64,000 nt of DNA from an uncultured Chloroflexia bacterium (GTDB lineage Bacteria; Chloroflexota; Limnocylindria; Limnocylindrales; CSP1-4): the NCBI GenBank assembly GCA_963837215.1, contig CAWIML010000009.1:295058-359057 (forward strand), in the 5' to 3' direction. The notes beneath the pieces were generated by a model that was not told where the DNA came from, did not search any database, and worked only from the letters and a program-made list of their open reading frames with translations. Positions 58,511-64,000 of this stretch are shown here, one piece after another. The position numbers and the translations under genes were made by a program. How positions within the stretch are numbered: position 1 is the stretch's first letter; every line of letters begins with the position of its first letter.

Positions 58511-59745
58511 GCTTGATGCCACCGTCGGCCGACGCGCGACCGCCCGACGAGCCGACCGAGCCTACCCACACGGAGCCGATCGATCCGCTGCCTCCCCTCG
58601 ACCCGGCAGCCGCCATCGAGCTCGACCAGGCGGCCGGCCTGACGCGGCGCGTCGGCCGCCGGCAGTGGCCGCTGCCCAAGGGCGCCGACCCGGACGCGCC
58701 ACTCCTCGTGGTCGAGAACCTGACCACGGAGTTCGCGCTCGAGAAGACCACCGTGCACGCCGTGGACGGCGTCTCCTTCACGCTCCGTGACGGCGAGGCG
58801 CTGGGCATCGCCGGCGAGTCAGGCTGTGGCAAGACGACGACGGCGCTCTCCCTGGTCCGGCTGCTGCCGAGCAACGGCCGCATCGCATCGGGCAGCGTTC
58901 GGATGTATGGCGTGGACCTCATCCCCAAGTCGGAGGCCGGCCTGAGGCGCTACCGGTGGCGCGAGATCTCGATCGTCTTCCAGGGCGCCATGAACGCGCT
59001 CAACCCGGTCGTCCGCGTCGGCGACCAGATCGCGGAGCCCATGGAGGAACGCCTCGGCCTCTCGCCGACCGAGGCCCGCAAGCGGGCGCGCGACCTGCTC
59101 GAGCGGGTGGGCATCCCGCGTGCGCGGGCCAAGGCCTATCCGCATGAGCTCTCGGGTGGCATGCGGCAGCGGGCCATGATCGCCATGGCCCTCGCCTGCG
59201 ATCCGGCCATCGTCATCGGCGACGAACCGACGACCGCCCTCGACGTGATGGTCCAGGCCCAGGTGCTGCAGCTGCTCGAGGAGCTGCGCGAGGAGCTGGG
59301 CCTCTCGCTCATCCTCATCACCCACGACCTGTCAGTCATCGCCGAGACGTGCGATCGGGTCATGGTCATGTACGCGGGACGGGTGGCGGAGGAGGGCCCG
59401 GTGCGGCGCATCTTCGCCCAGCCGCGGCATCCCTACACGCAGATGCTCATGCGGGCCTTCCCGAACATCCACTCCGACCGGCGGACCCTCGGCGTCATCC
59501 ACGGCTCGCCGCCGGATCTGCGCGACCCACCGCCCGGCTGCCGGTTCCATCCGCGTTGCCCGATGGCCATGGACGTGTGTCGCGTCGAGCGTCCGCCCGA
59601 GTTGACCTTCGACGACGGCGTCCGCGTCGCCTGTCATCTCTACGCACCGGACACGGTGGGCGAGCAGGTCCCGGTCCCGATCGAGGAGGTCGTCGCGGCG
59701 GCGGGCGAGGCAGGCACCGTGGCGGTCGAGGAGGCCATCGCATGA
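58507..59745 (+). CDS. ABC transporter ATP-binding protein (DppD/OppD-like) with the oligopeptide C-terminal domain.
   Basis: Walker A GESGCGKTT, signature LSGGMRQR, Walker B IVIGDEPTTALD. ATGA overlap on both sides. Confidence 0.9.
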   Translation: MSLMPPSADARPPDEPTEPTHTEPIDPLPPLDPAAAIELDQAAGLTRRVGRRQWPLPKGADPDAPLLVVENLTTEFALEKTTVHAVDGVSFTLRDGEALGIAGESGCGKTTTALSLVRLLPSNGRIASGSVRMYGVDLIPKSEAGLRRYRWREISIVFQGAMNALNPVVRVGDQIAEPMEERLGLSPTEARKRARDLLERVGIPRARAKAYPHELSGGMRQRAMIAMALACDPAIVIGDEPTTALDVMVQAQVLQLLEELREELGLSLILITHDLSVIAETCDRVMVMYAGRVAEEGPVRRIFAQPRHPYTQMLMRAFPNIHSDRRTLGVIHGSPPDLRDPPPGCRFHPRCPMAMDVCRVERPPELTFDDGVRVACHLYAPDTVGEQVPVPIEEVVAAAGEAGTVAVEEAIA

Positions 59746-60885
59746 GCGACCCTCTGGTGCGACCCGACCAGCTCGGTACCGCGAGAGAGCTCCGGTGACC
59801 CGCTCGTTCGGCTCGAAGGCCTGCAGGTCTGGTTCCCCGTCCGCGGCGGCATCCTCGACCAGATCCGGCGGCGTCCGGTCGGCTACGTCCATGCCGTCGA
59901 CGGCATCGACCTCGACATCCGGCGAGGGGAGGTCCTGGCGCTCGTCGGCGAGTCGGGTTCGGGCAAGACGACCACCGGCCGCGTCGTCGTCCGGCTGACC
60001 AGGCCGACCGGTGGCGAGATGCGCTTCGAGGGCAAGGACTCGATCGAGCTCAAGGGCGCCGCGGCCAAGGCCTACCGGCTGCAGGTGCAGCTCATCTTCC
60101 AGGACCCCTACGAGACGCTCGACCCGAAGCAGACCATCCGCGACTTCGTGGCCGAGCCGCTCGAGGTCAACGGCATCGCGAAGGACCCGGCCGAGCGCGA
60201 AGCCCGGGTGGCCGATGCGCTCGAGGCGGCCGGCCTGCGCCCAGCCTCCGACTTCCTGTTCCGCTTCCCGCATGAGCTCTCCGGCGGCCAGCGCCAGCGC
60301 GTCGTCATCGCCGGTGCCCTGGTCCTCGGTCCCACCCTCGTCGTGGCCGACGAACCGGTCTCCATGCTCGACGTCTCCATCCGCACCGAGCTGCTATCGC
60401 TGATGCTCGACCTGCGCAAGGAACGCGGCCTGACGTACCTGTTCATCACTCACGACCTCTCGCTGGCCTGGGTCATCGCCGACCGCATCGCGGTCATGTA
60501 CCTGGGCAAGATCCTCGAGATCGGGCCGGCCCAGACGGTCATCCACGACCCGCGCAACCCCTATACGCGGGCGCTCGTGAGCGTGCTGCCGACGCCGGAG
60601 CCGCCGCAGGTCACGGAGGGCACCCGCCGCTCCCGGACGATCCTCCAGGGCGAGACGCCTGACGCCGCCGTCATCCCAGACGGTTGCCGCTTCCACCCCC
60701 GCTGCCCGCTGGCCTTCGACCGCTGCCGCGTCGAGGAGCCACCGCTCTTCGACCTCGGCGACGGCCATGCCTCGGCCTGCTGGCTGGTCGAGGGCGGCAA
60801 GCGCCTGCCACCGCTCGGCGACGGCGCTCCCGAGCCCGTCGTCAGTGATCCGGCATCGCCTCCGCGATCGTCCGCAGCGACCTGA
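59742..60885 (+). CDS. ABC transporter ATP-binding protein (DppF/OppF-like); one frame change at ~59790.
   Basis: ATG at 59742 (MSDPLVR...). The Walker A region [11 protein letters not shown] lies in a frame with no start codon upstream, and the rest is ORF 60019..60885 ([20 protein letters not shown]). Confidence 0.8.
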
Positions 60886-62128
60886 CCGGCGAGAGGAGCA
60901 CGAACAGGAAGGCGAACGTCTCACCGATGGCGGCCACGAAGAGCGTCTCGCGCAGGCCGATGGCGCCACCCAGGATGCCGCCGATGAGCGCGCCGGCGGG
61001 CATCGTGCCCCAGACCACGAAGCGCATCGTGGCGTTCATGCGGCCGAGCATCGCGTCGGGCGTGATGGCCTGGCGCAGGCTGACCTGGCTGACGTTGTAG
61101 ACGACCTGGCCCATGCCGACCAGGACCTGGGAGGCGAACAGGAAGGGCAGCGGCGCGGTCTGCGGCGCGAGCGGCACAAGGAGCAGCGCGATGCCGGCGA
61201 CGAAGGCGGAGCTGACGATGGCAGGCCCGAGGCCGATGCGCCGCTGGATCCGGTCGGGCAGCAGGGCGCCGACCAGGAAGCCGATGCTGCCGACGCCGAA
61301 GACGATCCCGATGGTGCCCGGCGAGAGGCCCAGCACCTGGACGGCATAGAGCACGAGGACCGACCAGCCGATGGCGCCGAAGAGGTTGGCGGTGCCGGTG
61401 CAGGCGGCGATGCTCCGGAGCAGTCGGTGCCGGCCGACGTACGCCAGGCCTTCGCGGATCGAGCGCAGCATGCCCACTCGTTCACCGGCCTCGTCGAGAT
61501 GTGGCTCGGGCGCCGGCTCGGGCTTGCGGATGGCGACCATGAAGACGGCCGAGGCGAGGAAGCTGATGGCGTCGAGCGCGATGGCGATGGGCGCTCCAAG
61601 GAGGCCGACGAGGCCGCCGCCGACCGGTGGCCCGGCCACGGCCGCCGCCGAGCGGCTGATCTCCAGCTTGGCGTTGCCGTCCACGAGGCGGTCGCGATCG
61701 ACGAGCGCGGGCAGATACGACTGGTAGGCGACGTCGAAGAAGACCGTCAGCATGCCGACCGACAGGCCGACCACGTAGAGCTGGGGCATCGAGAGCACCC
61801 CGAGCACGAAGGCAACGGGGATCGAGGCCAGGAGTGCCGCCCGACCAAGGTCGGCGACGATGAGGATCGGCCGCCGACGCAGGCGATCGACCCACACCCC
61901 GGCCGGCAGCCCGACGAGCAGGAAGGGCAGCGTGTCCATGGCATTGAGCAGTCCGACCTCGAAGGGTGTCGCGGCGAGCACGAGGATGGCCGCCAGGGGC
62001 ATCGCGAGGCCGGTGATCTGGCTTCCGAACTGGCTGACGGTCTCAGCCGTCCAGAGCTTGAGGAAGTCCGCGTGGCGCCAGAGGCTTGGCTGGCCGCCGG
62101 GCGGCGGGGTCGGGTCGGCGCCGTTCAG
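60842..62128 (-). CDS. MFS transporter (EntS/YbdA-like).
   Basis: Twelve TM helices. The exact start is uncertain (no good ATG; the upstream part of the ORF is Arg-rich and not protein-like). Confidence 0.7.
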   Translation of the reverse strand: MNGADPTPPPGGQPSLWRHADFLKLWTAETVSQFGSQITGLAMPLAAILVLAATPFEVGLLNAMDTLPFLLVGLPAGVWVDRLRRRPILIVADLGRAALLASIPVAFVLGVLSMPQLYVVGLSVGMLTVFFDVAYQSYLPALVDRDRLVDGNAKLEISRSAAAVAGPPVGGGLVGLLGAPIAIALDAISFLASAVFMVAIRKPEPAPEPHLDEAGERVGMLRSIREGLAYVGRHRLLRSIAACTGTANLFGAIGWSVLVLYAVQVLGLSPGTIGIVFGVGSIGFLVGALLPDRIQRRIGLGPAIVSSAFVAGIALLLVPLAPQTAPLPFLFASQVLVGMGQVVYNVSQVSLRQAITPDAMLGRMNATMRFVVWGTMPAGALIGGILGGAIGLRETLFVAAIGETFAFLFVLLSPVRSLRTIAEAMPDH

Positions 62129-62775
62129 CGGAGCACCGCCGCGAGCAGGCCGTCGCCGACGGGCAGGATGGTCGCGGAGAAGGCCGGGTCGGCCAGCACG
62201 GCGGTGTTGAAGTCGCGAAGCGCCTGGGTGTTGCGGTCCCGGCCACCGGGCCGCGCCGTAGCGCCGCCCCACAGGACGTTGTCCGCGACGACCATGGCGC
62301 CGGGAGCCAGGCGCGGACGAAGGGCGGCCAGGTAGTCCGCGTACTCGTGCTTGAGCGCGTCGATGAAGGCCAGGTCGAAGGGCCCGTCGAGCGCCGGATC
62401 GCGGTCCGCGAATGCCTCAAGTGCCGGTCGGCTGACGACCGTGATGCGCTCGTCAGCGATGCCGGCCTGTCGCCACCATCCACGCGCCAGGCTCGTTCGC
62501 TCGGTGTCGGGATCGATGGTCGCGATGTGCCCCTCGGCCGGCTGACCGAGCGCCATCCAGAGCGTCGAGTAGCCGTAGGCGGTGCCGACCTCGACGATCC
62601 GACGCCGGCTCGACGCCAGGATCGCGAGGACCCGGCCGCTGGCGCGATCGACGATGGGCACGCCGAGGGGCTCTGCCGCCGCTTCGATGGCCAGCAGGGC
62701 CGCGGCTGGTGGTGTCGAGATGCGTTCGATGTACTCGAGATCGTCCTGGTCTGGGACATAGCCGCGAGGCTTCAT
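62125..62775 (-). CDS. Class-I SAM-dependent O-methyltransferase (family 3, caffeoyl-CoA OMT-like).
   Basis: An AAGGAG RBS lies 9 nt upstream of the ATG at 62775. Motif I VEVGTAYGYSTLWMA and a post-I acidic residue (IATID). Confidence 0.8.
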   Translation of the reverse strand: MKPRGYVPDQDDLEYIERISTPPAAALLAIEAAAEPLGVPIVDRASGRVLAILASSRRRIVEVGTAYGYSTLWMALGQPAEGHIATIDPDTERTSLARGWWRQAGIADERITVVSRPALEAFADRDPALDGPFDLAFIDALKHEYADYLAALRPRLAPGAMVVADNVLWGGATARPGGRDRNTQALRDFNTAVLADPAFSATILPVGDGLLAAVLR

Positions 62776-62842
62776 GTGACGCTGGCTCCTTCGTTCGGTG
62801 GGACTCCGGCGGTAAGCGAGGTGGGTGCTGCTCGGGGCCGGC

Positions 62843-64000
62843 TCAATGACGACCCAGGAATCGCGCCAGGCTGAGTCCGCTCGGGGCCTTGCCGGTCCGG
62901 TCGGCCCTGGCATCGATGCCTGCGAATGCCTGCTGGGTGTAGCGGACGCCGATGAAACGGAGCGGCTCCGGCTCCCAGTCCGGCGAGCGGTGGTTGGCCA
63001 TCGGCAGCTCGGTCAGCGGCGATGGCGTCTCGAGGATGAGATCCACGAGCGTCCGCGCGGCGAGGTTGGAGAGGGCCACGCCGTGGCCGACATAGCCGCG
63101 CGCCGAGGCGACGCCGGTCGCCGGGTCGTGGCTGAACGTCGGCATCCAGTCGCGGGCCATGCCGATCGGCCCGCCCCAGGCGTGCGTGAAGTTGATCGTC
63201 TCGAGCGACGGGAACCAGGCGCGGACCATGCCGCGGAGCATCTCGTGGGTGGCCGGATGCTCGTCGTATCCAGGGCGGATCTTCGAGCCGAAGTGGTACG
63301 GCGCGCCCCGCCCACCGAAGAGGATGCGGCCGTCCGGCGTTCGCGCCAGGTAGTCGATGCTGGCTCGGAAGGAATGGACGCTCTCGCGGTCCGCCCAGCC
63401 GATGGTCTCCCACTGCGCGTCCGTGAGCGGTTCCGTCAGCACGATCAGGGAGTAGACCGGGATGAGCTGGCGGTGGAGTCGCTGGAGCTGCGTCAGCCAG
63501 GCCTCCCCCGCCAGGACCACGGTCCGCGCCCGGACGTCGCCCAGCTCGGTGTGCAGGATGGGACGTGAGCCGACGACACCACGGGCCAGATCGGCAGGCG
63601 TGCCGGGCGTGAAGCCGGTCACGTTCGTTCCCTCGTGGAGCGTGGCGCCGCGACGCTCCACCGCGCGAGCCAACCCGCGGACGAGCTTGGCTGGCTGGAT
63701 CGACGCGTTGTCGCGGGAGAAGAGCCCGCCGAGCGCCCCGGCGACGCGCAGTCGCGAGGCCAGCTGCGCCACACCGAGCCGCTCATGGCGATCGCCGAAA
63801 CCGAACTGCTCGTAGACGCGCAGGGTCTCCTCCAGGGCTGGTAGCTGGTTCGGACCGCGCGCCACGGCGATCCGTCCGCCCTTGTGCCAGTCGATGGCGA
63901 TGCTCTCCTCGCCGGCCGCCCGTCCGACCTCGTCCACCGCGTCGATCGTCGCCAGCACGGTCTCTCTGGCAAGGGCGGTGCCGTGGCGCCGGGCGAGCTC
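62843..64000 (-). CDS. FAD-dependent oxidoreductase (DAO / glycine-oxidase-like); the N-terminus lies beyond the window end.
   Basis: DAO-family C-terminal two-thirds (HGVALSNLAARTLVDLI). The reading frame is still open at position 64000. Confidence 0.75.
   Translation of the reverse strand, partial: ELARRHGTALARETVLATIDAVDEVGRAAGEESIAIDWHKGGRIAVARGPNQLPALEETLRVYEQFGFGDRHERLGVAQLASRLRVAGALGGLFSRDNASIQPAKLVRGLARAVERRGATLHEGTNVTGFTPGTPADLARGVVGSRPILHTELGDVRARTVVLAGEAWLTQLQRLHRQLIPVYSLIVLTEPLTDAQWETIGWADRESVHSFRASIDYLARTPDGRILFGGRGAPYHFGSKIRPGYDEHPATHEMLRGMVRAWFPSLETINFTHAWGGPIGMARDWMPTFSHDPATGVASARGYVGHGVALSNLAARTLVDLILETPSPLTELPMANHRSPDWEPEPLRFIGVRYTQQAFAGIDARADRTGKAPSGLSLARFLGRH

Noticed and set aside
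60767-62335. 522-aa plus-strand ORF.
   Set aside because: Antisense to the MFS transporter. It is a composition-driven artefact.
1-64000. CRISPR arrays, tRNA/rRNA genes, transposases/integrases, prophage or toxin-antitoxin modules.
   Set aside because: No regularly spaced short repeats, no tRNA-like T-arm/acceptor structures noticed, and none of the recognised proteins belong to mobile-element or TA families. The only sizeable DNA repeats are intragenic (adhesin) or a diverged gene duplication (cyclase paralogues).

Overview
This is a very high-GC (~70%) chromosomal segment, most likely from an Actinobacteria- or Chloroflexi-like organism (SAM-I riboswitch, lipoproteins, a substrate-binding protein with a C-terminal membrane anchor). 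I can support about 60 protein-coding genes. No rRNA, tRNA, CRISPR array, transposase or integrase is evident. Real genes were picked out of the GC-driven ORF background by protein-family recognition, RBS placement and ATGA/GTGA start-stop overlaps. At least 18 otherwise well-conserved genes are interrupted by single +/-1 frame changes, roughly one per 3 kb. This pattern looks like sequencing or assembly indel error rather than gene decay, so frameshifted genes are reported with union coordinates.

The most notable content is:
- A pair of diverged tandem paralogues (~3.6 kb each) encoding giant proteins with a double zinc ribbon, a class-III adenylyl cyclase domain, a STAND/AAA ATPase and a TPR array, flanking an acyl-ACP desaturase.
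- A canonical SAM-I riboswitch with a terminator hairpin in front of a threonine-synthase-like PLP enzyme carrying an N-terminal zinc ribbon. This is a candidate MetM-type homocysteine synthase, followed by a DUF4395 membrane protein.
- A non-pyrrolysine MttB-family methyltransferase next to an MFS transporter fused to a cNMP-binding domain.
- An orphan MoaD/ThiS-like sulfur carrier with residues after the terminal Gly-Gly.
- A Macro-domain gene in an operon with a Trp-rich propeller-repeat mini-protein.
- A giant PKD/cadherin-repeat adhesin gene containing a 231-bp direct repeat that is identical except for one mismatch.
- A CocE/NonD hydrolase, sarcosine-oxidase-like enzyme and Dpp-type peptide ABC transporter cluster.
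- A GT4, six-hairpin glycosidase and GH130 cluster.
- Several stress-type small genes (hemerythrin, DUF883-like, GlsB, SRPBCC, CsbD-like, CorA).
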